A DNA stretch of 64,000 bases from Octopus sinensis (Eukaryota): the NCBI RefSeq assembly GCF_006345805.1, contig NC_042997.1, forward strand, positions 212,350,001-212,414,000, in the 5' to 3' direction. Of this stretch, positions 1 to 12,720 are shown piece by piece (position 1 is the stretch's first letter; every line of letters begins with the position of its first letter). The notes beneath the pieces were generated by a model that worked only from the letters and a program-made list of their open reading frames with translations, had not been told where the DNA came from and did not search any database. A program made the translations under genes and the position numbers.

Positions 1-830
1 TTATGTGCCACCGGCACTGAAGCCAGTCGAGGTGGCACTGGCATCGGCCACGTTCGGATGGTGCTTTTTATGTGCCACCGGCACTGAAGCCAGTCGAGGC
101 AGCACTGGTATCGGCCACGTTCGGATGGTGCTTTTTATGTGCCACCGGCACTGGAGCCAGTCGAGGTGGCGCTGGCATCGGCCACGTTCGGATGGTGCTT
201 TTTATGTGCCACCGGCACTGGAGCCAGTCGAGGCGGCGCTGGCATCGGCCACGTTCGGATGGTGCTTTTTATGTGCCACTGGCACTGAAGCCAGTCGAGG
301 TGGCACTGGCATCGGCCACGTTCGGATGGTGCTTTTTATGTGCCACCGGCACTGAAGCCAGTCGAGGCGGCACTGGCATCGGCCACGTTCAGATGGTGCT
401 TTTTATGTCCCACCGGCACTGGAGCCAGTCGAGGCGGCGCTGGCATAGGCCACGTTCGGATGGTGCTTTTTATGTGCCACCGGCACTGAAGCCAGTCGAG
501 GTGGCACTGGCATCGGCCACGTTCGGATGGTGCTTTTTATGTGCCACCGGCACTGAAGCCAGTTGAGGCAGCACTGGTATCGGCCACGTTCGGATGGTGC
601 TTTTTATGTGCCACCGGCACTGGAGCCAGTCGAGGTGGCGCTGGCATCGGCCATGTTCGGATGGTGCTTTTTATGTGCCACCGGCACTGGAGCCAGTCGA
701 GGTGGCGCTGACATCGGCCACGTTCGGATGGTGCTTTTTATGTGCCACCGGCACTGGAGCCAGTCGAGGTGGCGCTGGCATCGGCCACGTTCGGATGGTG
801 CTTTTTATGTGCCACCGGCACTGGAGTCAG
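1..830. repeat. Tandem array of a 67-bp unit (about 12.4 copies, cut by the window edge), derived from an internal module of the (GAT)n-tailed SINE-like family
   Basis: Unit ttatgtgccaccggcactgaagccagtcgaggtggcactggcatcggccacgttcggatggtgcttt recurs every 67 nt. The same module occurs as 2-3 copies inside elements at 4115-4260, 20900-21130 and 28460-28630. Confidence 0.95.
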
Positions 831-1288
831 TCGAGATTGTGCATCAGTGAGTTAAAAGACTGCAGATGGGGAATAAGACAAGCAGTTGGATTATGGATGG
901 AAGATGAAGAAATCATAGAGAAATGTCTATTAATCAGATAGATTACAGGTGAATAAAAGGGGAGTATTACAGGTTGAGTGTTAAATTTTGACAGCTTGCC
1001 ACATGGTGAGGAAGTAACTGCCATACACTGACTGACTGGTTTATCTCATGTGGAGACATACTTAATCACCCAACCACACTGTTTAGAAGGTAGCTTTAGA
1101 CAATATCAATTTACACCCAAGTTATCAGGTAAACCTTTCAAAATAGTTCCAATGGAGAACAGCATTGGTGACTAGGTGCGACTATTTCTTTGACTTCATT
1201 TGAAATTTCTTAACAGAAACCTTAAATTACTTAGTAAAACAATAAACTCTCTTATTTCAAAAATCTCTTTTCCAAGTACATACCTATC

Positions 1289-1327
<39 letters not shown>

Positions 1328-1957
1328 ACAAGATAAGGGCAGAAGAAAAATTCTAATGCCAGATGTGACGAAAACAAGAAATTGTCAATAACCATTAAAT
1401 TTATGTGTCTCGAAACAAACCGAAAGAAATCTCTAAAAAATTCGTTATTACCGTATTGGTCCAATTTCGGGCTTAATTCACAAGAAATTTTCCCCTCCTC
1501 AGCGACACATATGCGAGATATAAATGAAATACTTATTCATACCCACGGAAGAAGCAAGCACCAAGTCCCGAGCAGACTTAAGTACCCCAAATATAGCTGG
1601 CTATTGATAGAATTTTATCCTATATCAATTATATATATATATATGCATATATATATATATAAATGTCACTTTATTGAATAGTGACATTTTGCCCCCTTGG
1701 AGTAAACAGCCTGACCAGCCACAAAGAGATCAACAAAAAAATGTTTTCTTCTTTCTCTCCCTTTTCTTCCTTTCCTTCTTTTTCTTTAACACTTCCTTCA
1801 GATACACACACACATATGCACACACACACACACACACATGCTCTCTCTCACTTTCTCCCCATTCATCACCATCTTGTACTATCTTATATCCCTCCCCACC
1901 ACTACACACTCAATAACACTATAAAAATAGTCTAATTTTCCCCAAGAACTTAGTTCA

Positions 1958-1994
1958 ATTTGAAAACTCCACTAGAATGGACGAAAGCGCTAAT
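1958..1994 (+). ncRNA. Degenerate minimal hammerhead-like motif (U3:A8 core)
   Basis: TTGAAAA-C-TCCA-ctagaa-TGGA-C-GAAA-GCGC-TA. Stem II has 4 bp, and the palindrome AGCGCT follows GAA. The 10.1/11.1 pair is a C-C mismatch and stem I has only 2 bp. Confidence 0.35.
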
Positions 1995-2126
1995 ATATGA
2001 TATATGATGTCTAAAGACATGTAATATACAAATAAATATCTGTAAATATAAAACCATCCGAATTTCAAAATACCTCATTTCTTCTAATATAAAATACCTG
2101 TACATCATCTCCAAACCTTCCAATAT

Positions 2127-2480
2127 ATATAATAATAATATTAGGGAATAAATCCAAACTTACAGGGAAAAATTAGATCTAGGATTAAATCCAATTTTAT
2201 AGTATAAATATATTATATTATAATATATATTATAATAAATAAATAAATAAATTAATTAATTAATTAATAAAATTATATAAATATAAAAATATACATACAT
2301 ACATATATATATATATATATTTGTATATATATATATTTAAAATTTATAAGTTTAATTTATTTAAATAATCTTTTAATTTTTAACTTTTATATTTTTAAAT
2401 TAATTTTATGTATTGGCTTATGTTTTTCACTGTTTGATTTGCCTAATAGTGGTTTTATCTCTAATTTAATATAATATAAT
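2127..2480. mobile_element. AT-rich dispersed repeat of the same family as 38945-39472; possibly Penelope-like terminal region
   Basis: Shares tattaggga(a/g)taaatccaaacttacagggaaaaattagat and tgtttgatttgcctaatagtggttttatctctaatttaa with the 39-kb copy. The class assignment is inference. Confidence 0.6.
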
Positions 2481-2808
2481 ATAATATATATATATATATA
2501 CTCTGCATAAGAAAGGAAACTTGTTTTTTCAGTAATGCCTTCTCCTCAATGTAGAATGTAAAGACACATCTACAAGAGTCACCATTAATTCTGATGAGAA
2601 AACATTCTCTCAGCTTCGGTGCAGCTTCTTTTCTATCAACATTTTAACGTTCCTTTTTTTTTTTATATTTCAAATTTTTCATCCAGCAAATTTTATTTGA
2701 ACAAGAATAAATCAATAATCAATACCCTAAATTTAGATGATTTCAAACTGTTTCACTCAGCTGAAATAGCTTCACCAGCCAGTTCTTCCCTTCTCTCGCT
2801 CTCTTTTC

Positions 2809-2851
<43 letters not shown>

Positions 2852-3950
2852 TATATATTTGTATGTATGAATGCACTTTAATAATGCATTATATGTGTGT
2901 GTATACATACATATATACACGGAACAATTGCATTAGATCCTTTTTTTTTGTTTTCCTTTTTTGTTTTTTGGCATATTTTCAATCTTTTGCAGAAATTTGA
3001 CTGACTTTGAGATTTTAGTTTGTTCTTTATCAAAACATTTGGTCATTGCTAAAAACTCTTCTAAACACTTGTCTAACGAAATCAATATTACAACTCAAAG
3101 TATACACTGATGCACATTTTATCTTCTTCTAAGATTTCTCTTTCTCTCCCCACCACTCTCCCTCTCTCCCTCGCTCCACCAACCAAGAAAAAACCGTTCA
3201 ATGGAACTTTTCATAAATCATTTGTTCTTTATTTTTCTTTGTGAGGTTAATTTGAAATTGGTATTTCTGCACTTTCAAAGGAATTCTAAACAGTACTCTT
3301 GAGATTTGGTACCATTAGGAAGCCGTTTCGGCATGACTTTCTAAATTACTTAAAAACCAATATTTTTCATCGGTGAAAGTCGCTCAGAAATATTCTAAAA
3401 CTGAAAAATTAAAACTACTTAAAGTTTTAGTGTTTACAGATTTAGCACAAAGACAAAAAAAAAAAAAAAAAGCCAAAACAAAATTCTGTTTCTTTGCTTT
3501 GTTTGTCTTTTCCTTTTGTTTTGAAGCCAAATCTCAAACATATTTGAAAATTATTGAACATACCCCCCCCCCACTCACTGTTACTAGATTTTATTCCAAT
3601 CTTGGTATGATTGATACATATTGCCAATGTAGTCCTCAGTCATTGTATGTGACCATCACCACTGAGTTGTAGTGTTTGTTGTTGTTGTTGTTGTTTATCT
3701 GCAACCCCACTTAGTGGAAACACTGTAGTTCTGTGACAGAGTTGGTTATAAATGGATGAAGAACTGTGACAGAGCCTGTAGCATGATTGGCAGACATTCC
3801 AGACAAGACGGGCTTCGGTTTCACCTCTGTGTGTGTGTGGGGGGGAGTTTTCTTTTTGTTTCATTTCAGTATATCTAGTTTTAAATTTGTTCAAATGTTG
3901 TTAAAAGCAGAATGGTTGTGAGATTGAGGCACTGGACTAGATACCACATA

Positions 3951-4302
3951 ATCATCATCATCATCATCGTTTAACATCCGCTTTCCATGCTAGCATGGGT
4001 TGGACGGTTCGACTGGGGTCTGAGAAGCCAGGAGGCTGCACCAGGCCCAGTCTGATCTGGCAGGGTTTCTACGGCTGGATGCCCTTCCTAACACCAACCA
4101 TTCTGTGAGTGTAGTGGGTACTTTTTATGTGCCACCAGCACAGGGGCCAGGGGAGGCTGGCAGCAGCCACAATCGGTTGGTGCTTTTTATGTGTACCAGC
4201 ACAGAAGCCAGTGAAGGCGGTGCTGGCACCAGCCACGTTCAGATAGTTCTTTTACGTGCCACTGGCGCTGGTATTACAACTACAATTTCGATTGATTTTT
4301 GA
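3951..4302 (-). mobile_element. SINE-like element with (GAT)n tail (family C)
   Basis: Starts (atc)n-gtttaacatccgctttccatgctagcatgg on the + strand; more than 12 homologous copies occur in the window. Confidence 0.85.
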
Positions 4303-5300
4303 TCAATAGTTCAAATCTTAGTATTGCCACTGCTGTGTTCCTGGAGAAAACATAATGGAAACGTGTGTAAGGTGCAAGCAAAACTCTTTGGTTAAAAAGT
4401 TTACTGTTGCCACATCATTGTTTTGTGTTCAATCTGATGATTTGGAGGGGAAGCAAGTATCTTTTAGTGCAGCCTTGGCTCAACCATTGCCTGTTGAATG
4501 TAGTTAATGAAGAATGAGAAAAATTCTGCTCTGTTTGTGTGTGAGAGAGAGGGAGAATCTTCATTTAACATTCATGTTTCATGCTTTTAAGGTTTCGATG
4601 GTTTGACAAGATCTTATCAGGCCCAAGGACAGCATGATGCTCCAGTGTCAGCTTCAGCATGGTTTTTATGACTGGACGCTCTTTCTAATGCCAAACACTC
4701 TGGGTGATATTTTCTGTGTGGCCAACTCTAGTGACATTGCCATGCATCTGGAAGGGTCAGCTTTATGCTAGGAAATGAAGGAAGGGGCCAGAGCAGAATG
4801 GGGGCTTTGTTGTAGAAGGCTATTCAGATATTAGAAGAGAGGGTGGAAATGATCCAGTGGAGCTGGAAAGCCATAAACAAGAGGGGGGGTGAATGGGGGC
4901 AGAAGAAACAACAGTGTGCAGAGGCAGGAGATTAATATTTTCACTTAGAACCAAATGGATATATTTTAGCTCAACACTTAACTCCTCTATTGGTTGTAAT
5001 GGTGTTTTAATTACTTATTTCTAGAAATTTCCTAAACATTTAATTTGTGAAACATTTCTTTTATTCATGTCTGAGTTTGCGAAGAATCGTTAAAACATAG
5101 ATGTTTGTCTCTCTTAAATTACCTTCACTTAACGGCCATATTTTGTCATTAAGAGCTGATTTATTGTCAGATAAGTTGATTAACTGATAAAATTTTGTGA
5201 TTTTTAACAAAAAAAAAATATTGTAATAAATCTTCATGTTTGTTCTTTAGTGTATAACTCTGTCAGAAACACTTCTTAATATTTTGTTGATAACAATAAT

Positions 5301-5490
5301 AATGGTTTCCTATTTTGGCATGGGGCCAGCAGCTTTTGAGGGGAGGAGTTAAGCTGATTACACCAGCCCCCACTACTTGATTCGTACTTATTTTATTGTC
5401 CCTGAAAGGATGTGAACTCAACATAAAGACAGGTGGAATGCCACTAAGTATTTTGTCTGGTGTGCTAACAGTTCTGCCAGCTCACCACCT
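5301..5490 (-). mobile_element. tRNA-derived SINE (family D), degenerate
   Basis: Homologous to 8843-9058, 20120-20355 and 45165-45362; reverse-strand head ggtggtgagctggcagaa. Confidence 0.7.
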
Positions 5491-5520
5491 TAATAATAAT
5501 AATAATAATAATAATAATAT

Positions 5521-5945
5521 GTCCCTTAGTGGCTGACGATATGTGCATCTCTGATCACGAGCAGAAGTAGTGGGGGAGCATCATAGCCATGTGTTGAGAG
5601 GGATTCTTTGGGGTTTGAATAGTTCACCTCTGGAAACATGGGTGGTTCTTTCAACATCCTTAAACAACCCTTATTCAGGGACCGTTTGAGCAGGATGGGC
5701 TACTCAACCTGAAGAAAATTCTAACTGGGCCCCACCTGCAAGGTCATGTGCTGTTTATCTTGATATGAGATCACCATGTCGTGCACATATGGTTGTGATG
5801 CATGTGCCTGGTGTACCTTTATCAGACGGGTAGTCATGATGGGTATACTGGGCTTCGTATATTTTACCCCAGTGTCACTTTGATGGCATGAACTGCTCTC
5901 TCACTCAATAATAATAATAATAATAATAATAAAAATAATAATGGC
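5521..5945 (+). mobile_element. Retroposon-like repeat with (AAT)n tail
   Basis: About 390 bp of higher-GC sequence ending in ctctctcactc(aat)n, lying within an AAT microsatellite; only one copy is seen here. Confidence 0.5.
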
Positions 5946-6369
5946 TTCAAACTTTGACATAAGGTTAGTAATATTCGGAGCAGTTGATCCCAGCAGTATT
6001 TGAACTCAGAATGTAAAAGGCTGCAATGAACACCATTAACCATTTAGCCAGGCATGCTTGTGATTTTACCAGCTTGGTACCATAATAAGTTTTTGGTGTG
6101 GGCCCAATGACTGAAATTTTGTAGGAAGGGTTTATTCAAACCACCCCCAATATTTCACTGGTACTTCATCGACCAGTTAAAAGATGAAAGGGGCAAAGTT
6201 AACCTCAATGGGATTTGAATGCAGAACATAGTTCAAATAACTACCACAAGGCATTAAATCCACATTGACCACACTAGATTACAAACCCTCATTTACGAAT
6301 ATTAATCTTATGTTCTCCTTCTAGTGACTCTATTGTTAATGTTGAGGATTCTGTGAATCATAATTTCTC

Positions 6370-6489
6370 TGTTATTTCGTGTTTGTCTTTGGTTGTGTGG
6401 CACCTTGAGCAAGTGTCTGATACTGTAGCCCAAGACTGGGCAAAGCTTTGTGAGTGGATTTGGTTGATAGAAACTGAAAGAGACCTCTC

Positions 6490-6533
<44 letters not shown>

Positions 6534-6725
6534 TGAGAGTTCTTGACAACCAGTGTTTGTGTGTTTACATCCCCCATAATGTTGTAGTTTTGCAAAAACA
6601 GATCAATCAAATAAGTACAAAGTTTTAAAAAAAAGTAAGTACTGAAGTCAATTCATTTGACTAAAATTCTTCGGACCAGTGCTACAGCATGGCCACAGCC
6701 TTATGACTGAAACAAATAAAAGATA
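6370..6725 (+). mobile_element. SINE family B, degenerate
   Basis: caccttgagcaagtgtc, gtgagtggatttggttgatagaaactgaaag, a central (TA)n, and a 3' aaatgactgaaacaa-like end, as at 43747. Confidence 0.7.
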
Positions 6726-7795
6726 TGATCGCTTTGTAGTGATACATTCTGACTGTGAAAGCTGTCGATGACATCATTGCTGGTTGTTCTTCTTGTTACA
6801 TTATGGCCTTACGGACCTCCTAACCCTAAACCTTGAGTTAAATATCTTTCGGTCATTTTTTACTCTGGAATTTGGCAATTTCTTTGTCATGATTTAGATT
6901 TTATAACACCAGGAGAACTGAAAGCTTACAACTCAAAAAGAACAAGTTCACGTGGAAGAGGACAGCATCAATACAGCAAACCCTGATCGTAATTTGTAAT
7001 AATAATTTATAGATTGAAATAAACAGACGAGTGGTTTTATTTGGGTCATGATTGTATGCTGTATAAGTTATTCAGTTTAAGTAGAATGGTGTAAATACAG
7101 ATGGTGCATGCTTATTGTAACTAATCTAAATATATTGTCAGAGCACGCAATCCATTTACTAGCAATTTGCCACCGAACAATAAATCTGTGGAAATTATGG
7201 TTAAGTGCTGTTATCTAATCAACCTGTTCTTATGTCTGCAATGGAAAAGCCATAGTTACAGAATAATTTGGTACTAAAGAGAACTTTTGTCCGGAATGAT
7301 TACAAATAGATCATTTTATTAATGGCAGTCTGTATAAAAGATGAACCAAATAGAGAGTTTACAAAACTCGAAAAGAAATCAAATAAATTTCCCTGATTTC
7401 TATTTTATGGTGTAATATTAATCAGAAAGGATAATATTTCAGATGAGTTAAGTCTGTACAAAGCACCCACAATTACAAAGCAAGATTGTTCGTTTAGAGT
7501 ATTAATTAGCTTCAATAATTAAAGTACAACTGATCAATAGTATTACCGGTTTTCAGTATCAGGTGACAACAATTATTAAAGAACACCACAATATTTGTGA
7601 GGGGAGGGCAATGTTGGATTGTGATATATTACAGACTTCTCCAAATCCCAGCTCTTTCAGATAGATTTGTATTAAGGATCACTTGCTGCTTTATAAAGTA
7701 GATTTGTCCGGCTCCCTTATTCTGATGTCCCTCATCCTAATTCTAATATCTACTTTCTGCATTAAATTACATGAAGACATAAATTCTGTATCATT

Positions 7796-8052
7796 CATCA
7801 TCATCATCATCATCATTTAACGTCCGCTTTCCATGCTGGCATGGGTTGGACAGTTCAACTGGGGTCTGTGAAGCCAGAAGGCTGCATCAGGCCCAGTCTG
7901 ATCTGGCAGTGTTTCTACGGTTGGATGCCCTTCCTAACGCCAACCACTCCGAGAGTGTAGTGGGTGCTTTTTACGTGCCACCGGCACAGGGGCCAGAGGA
8001 GGCTGGCAAACGGCCGCGATTGGTTGGTGCTTTTACGTGTCACCGACACATC
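7796..8052 (-). mobile_element. SINE-like family C
   Basis: (atc)n-ttaacgtccgctttccatgctggcatgggttggacag and gcccttcctaacgccaaccac. Confidence 0.85.
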
Positions 8053-8842
8053 TGCCACAAATATGTCTTTATTTAAAAAGCTAGATAAGAACAAACCGAG
8101 CACTCATATTACAATGACCAGACCTCTACATGGTTGTATGGCCAGCTAGAAATAATCACCAAATCTTTCAATTTCATCTGACTGTCACATACAGTCCCGG
8201 TTAATGTAGTCTGAGGTTGACCATACCTTAAACAAAAACTGGATAATCACACTTTGACCATTCGTTTGCTTAATGAAGCTGACCCTGAGCTTTACGACCA
8301 TTGTCATCGACATCACCACCACCACCACCGCCACAAAGCACTCAATACTCTTCGACCAGTAGCCATATTTCTGCTAACCCTGACTTTGTTTCTCCATTTC
8401 ATACAGTTTCTTATCAAAACTCTATTTCAGAATTCTCTTCGTCCATAGAAATCTGGCATTTTGACACAAATTTTAATTGCAAAGGAAACAATTCTGACAA
8501 CTACCAATTCCACGTGTCTTCAGCTGCAGTGTTGTTGGTGTTGTTTAGTCTTTTAGGAGAAATATCTTTCTTTTAATATTTTCTCCACTAACAGCCAAAT
8601 ATATTTGTTCTTTACATCGTTTTACATTCTTCTCACTATTTTATTCCAAACTGCTGAAGTAGATTCAATTATTTTTATTCTATTTTCAAGACATTCTTCA
8701 AATTACAGAATGGAGAATCTCATGTAATTTCATTTGAAACCTATTTTTTAAAACTGTGTGTCTGTGTGTCCTTCCTAGCCAACCGGCCAGCTAAGTAGGA
8801 ATTTTCTGTAAATGGATATAAGCCAATAATAATGATAGTGGT

Positions 8843-9058
8843 AATGGTTTCAAATTTTGGCACAAGGCCAGCAATTTTGGGGTAGGGGTTAAGTTGATTA
8901 CATTGATCCCAGTATATAACTCGTACTAATTCATTGACCCTGAAAGAATGAAAGACAATGTCAACCTCAGTGGAATTTGAACTCAGAATATAATGATAGA
9001 TGAAGTGACGTGAAGTATTCTGTCCAGCTTGCTAACAATTCTGCCAGCTCACCACCTT
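8843..9058 (-). mobile_element. tRNA-derived SINE family D
   Basis: ggaatttgaactcagaa (reverse complement of a B-box-like motif) and ttctgccagctcaccacc. Confidence 0.75.
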
Positions 9059-9499
9059 GATGATAATGAGGAGAAGAAGAAGAAGAATTAGAATGAGGCA
9101 TGGGTGTGTGGTAAGAAGTTTGCTTCTCGACCATGGGGTTTTGGGTTCTGTCCCATTGTGTGATACCTTTGGTAGGTGTCCTCTAATATAGCGCCAAGCT
9201 AACCAAAGCCTTCTGCGTTGATTTGGTCGATGGAAACTGAAAGAAGCTTGTCGTGTGTGGGTTACTCTCACTTAGACTTGACATCATATGGTGTCAACAT
9301 TTGTTCTCCCCCGCCCCCCTGCCACCAGGTCTATGTCAGTCTGTCTCCCAGTTTCATGAGATTCCAATCTTTTAAAACTTATTTCTGGAAACTCTTTTCT
9401 TTGGTGCAAATCAGTTTCCAGATTTGTCTAAAACTTAAAATTTTGTTAAAGACATTTTGTTTGCAAGTTATGCACACCATTTATTTTCATAATTCTACT

Positions 9500-9800
9500 T
9501 TGGCAAATGGCTCAGTGGTTAAAGCTCACAATCATGATGTAGTGAGTTCAATTCCCAGACCGAGCTGTGTGCTGTGTTCTTGAGCAAGACACTTTATTTC
9601 ACGTTGCTCCAGTTCACTCAGCTGTAGAAATGAGTTGCAACATCACTGGTGCCAAACTGTATCAACCTTTGCCTTTCCTTTGGATAACATTGGTGGCATG
9701 GGGATGGGAGGCTGGTATGCATGGGCGACTGCTAGTCTTCCATAAACAACCTTGCCCAGAAGGGGAACTTTCTAGGTGCAACGCCATGGTCATTCCTGTC
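9500..9800 (+). mobile_element. tRNA-derived SINE with CORE-like central domain
   Basis: A-box tggctcagtgg and B-box-like gagttcaattcc, then tgtgttcttgagcaagacacttt...cagctgtagaaatgag, which resembles the CORE domain. Confidence 0.65.
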
Positions 9801-9849
9801 CAAAGGGGGTCTTTACCCTTTTACCTTATTAAATATCTCCCATAACCCG

Positions 9850-10320
9850 AGACTTTTGACAGTATGCCATGCTTGAGAAGACCTTTCAAGCCAAATGAGA
9901 TCATAATAATGACCAATGCCCAGTGTTGCATAACTGGCATGTAAAAAGCACCCTTCAAATGTTGGGTGATATGCTGTGCTTGCAAAGACCTGTCAAGCCG
10001 AGTGAAATTGTAGTCGTGGCTGGCACCAATGCTGTCTGACTGATATCCATGCTGGTGCCATTTGAGTATTGGGCATCATAGAGTCAATGGCAGGTGACCA
10101 AGGCCTTTGGTGATACACCATGCTTGTGTAGATCTGTCTAGCCAAGTGAGCCCATAGTCGTGGCATGTGTCAGGTCAGAGGCACCCATTACACTCTTGGA
10201 TTGGTTGGCATTAAGAAGGGCACACAGCTGGAGAAACCTTGCCGAATCAGATCGGAACCTGGTGCAGCTCCCATCCATGCCAGCAGATAAAACAGATGTT
10301 AACTGATGATGATGAACCAA
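9850..10320 (+). mobile_element. Longer, older family C-related element
   Basis: Ends ggttggcattaagaagggc...ccatgccagcagataaaacagatgttaactgatgatgatg. Confidence 0.6.
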
Positions 10321-10711
10321 CTCTTCTTTTAAAGTGGATAAAATAACATGAAGCAAGAAACTGACCCCTGTTTGTTGTGAAGGATGAGATTAAAGGCAGC
10401 CTCCCTTCTCTTTTCTCTTCCTTTTGATGTATTAACAACTGAATACTAAACTCCCTTCTTTATTGACGACAAACGAGATAATGATTTCTAGCCCTGATTT
10501 TCCCTTTCCTTTACCTCTTGGTGTTACAGTAGTGACTTGTGATTGTTATTCCCTCACAACTACACTAGCCATGATTCCACATGTAATGTTTAAGGTGGCA
10601 AATGTGGCGTTCAAGGTACATGAGTAGATGAAGTTTTGCAAATGTAGTGTTTTGCAGATTTGGTATTTAAGGTTCGGGGTGACTAAAGTGATTTCTTTCT
10701 ATAATTTTGAC

Positions 10712-11650
10712 ATGTCACCTATAAACTGTGCCACTGTCCTCCTGTCACCTATAAACTGTGTCACTGTGTCCTCCCGTCACCTATAAACTGTGCCACTGTG
10801 TCCTCCTGTCACCTATAAACTGTGTCACTGTGCCTGCCCGTCACCTATAAACTGTTCCACTGTGTCCTCCCGTCACCTATAAACTGTGCCACTGTGCCTG
10901 CCCGTCACCTATAAACTGTGCCACTGTGTCCTCCTGTCACCTATAAACTGTGCCACTGTGCCCTCCTGTCACCTATAAACTGTGCCACTGTGTTCTCCTG
11001 TCACCTATAAACTGTGCCACTGTCTCCTCCCGTCACCTATAAACTGTGCCACTGTGTCCTCCTGTCACCTATAAACTGTGCCACTGTGTCCTCCCGTCAC
11101 CTATAAACTGTGCCACTGTGTCCTCCCGTCACCTATAAACTGTGTCACTGTGTCCTCCCGTCACCTATAAACTGTGCCACTGTGTCCTCCCGTCACCTAT
11201 AAACTGTGCCACTGTGCCCTCCCGTCACCTATAAACTGTGCCACTGTGTCCTCCCGTCACCTATAAACTGTGCCACTGTGTCCTCCCGTCACCTATAAAC
11301 TGTGTCACTGTGTCCTCCCGTCACCTAGAAACTGTGTCACTGTGTCCTCCCGTCACCTATAAACTGTGCCACTGTGTCCTCCCGTCACCTATAAACTGTG
11401 CCACTGTGTCCTCCCGTCACCTATAAACTGTGTCACTGTGTCCTCCCGTCACCTATAAACTGTCACTGTGCCCTCCCGTCACCTATAAACTGTGCCACTG
11501 TGTCCTCCCGTCACCTATAAACTGTGCCACTGTGCCCTTCCGTCACCTATAAACTGTGCCACTGTGCCCTCCTGTCACCTATAAACTGTGCCACTGTGTC
11601 CTCCCGTCACCTATAAACTGTGCCACTGTGTCCTCCTGTCACCTATAAAC
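10712..11650. repeat. 32-bp minisatellite, about 29 copies
   Basis: Unit gtcacctataaactgtgccactgtgtcctccc with a directly counted 32-nt period; it decays out to about 11940. Confidence 0.95.
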
Positions 11651-12590
11651 CGTGTTATTGTATCTTCCTGTCTCCTATAAACTATATGCCTTTGTCTTTC
11701 TGTGTTTTTGTAAACTGTCCCCACTGTGTCCACTTTGCCAATCTTTATAACAACTAAATGACTGTATCCTCTTGTGTTCCACTGTGTCTGCTTTAGAAAT
11801 CTCATTACTCTGTCCCCTTGTTGCTTATAAACTGCACCATTGCACCCTCTTGTCTTACGTAATGTGTGTCCCTCTGTCCTCTGTCCCCTTCGTACTTTAT
11901 CACTATTGCCTGATATCTTTTATAAACTACAACTATAAATACATTTTTTTTTTTTGCAGGGTGGTGGCAGGACTCCTTTTTTAGTATGTATATGTGGGAC
12001 ATATTGTACCAGGATTATAAACAGAAATGGTAAGACAATCATGTTATCAATTTGAGTTTATCCTTATAAGAATTTCAAGTATTAAGAATAGTGAACCAGT
12101 TTGTGAAAATACGGCATCCATCTGAAGGTTGTTTACTAAACTCTTTGATGATCTTCTAGAGGAAATCTTTGTTTTATTGTTAGTATTGGTTGTAGCAAAC
12201 CACATTTTCTGTAAAACATTTGGAAGAATGATTAGTTGATATATTTTCAATACAAAATCAAAAGATTATGTTTTATCAATTTATTTTCGGCTGTTCTCTT
12301 TCATTGCATAGATATCAGTTATATAGTTTCCAGGTGGTTTTGTCTATATATATTTTTTTTAAATTACCAAGTTTTTATTTGTTGAAAGTTGCTTGATTTT
12401 AGATTTATCATCTTTATTTTATACTCCTTAAACCATTGAGAAGTATCGAAACCGGTGGAGTTTTATCTTGTTTTGGGCTCTAATACCCCTAATAGAAACT
12501 CCACTAGAGTTCATTGGTCAAGCAATTGGCCAAATATATACCAACTCTGTTCTCTCTATTGTATGCCGACCATACAATAAACACCCAGTG

Positions 12591-12720
12591 TTGGCATTAG
12601 GAAGGGCATCCAGCCATAGAAACCATGTCAAATCAGACTGGAGTCTGGTGCAGCTTGCCAGCTCTGGTCATACCATCCAGCCCATGCCAGCATGGACAAT
12701 GGACATTAAATGACGATGAT
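12591..12720 (+). mobile_element. Family C 3' fragment
   Basis: ttggcattaggaagggcatccagcc...ccatgccagcatggacaatggacattaaatgacgatgat. Confidence 0.75.

Noticed and set aside
1-941. Overlapping 95-164 aa ORFs, or a CRISPR-like array
   Set aside because: The ORFs are translations of a 67-bp tandem unit shifting frame each copy. Units are contiguous with no unique spacers and there are no cas genes.
10712-11650. 32-bp repeat as a CRISPR direct repeat
   Set aside because: Head-to-tail repeats without spacers, in a eukaryotic context.
12423-12461. Hammerhead-like ACTC...GAAACCGGTG-GAGT
   Set aside because: The GAA-palindrome and a 4-bp stem I are present, but there is no recognisable core or stem II and the triplet is GUG. 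At best it is a dead remnant.
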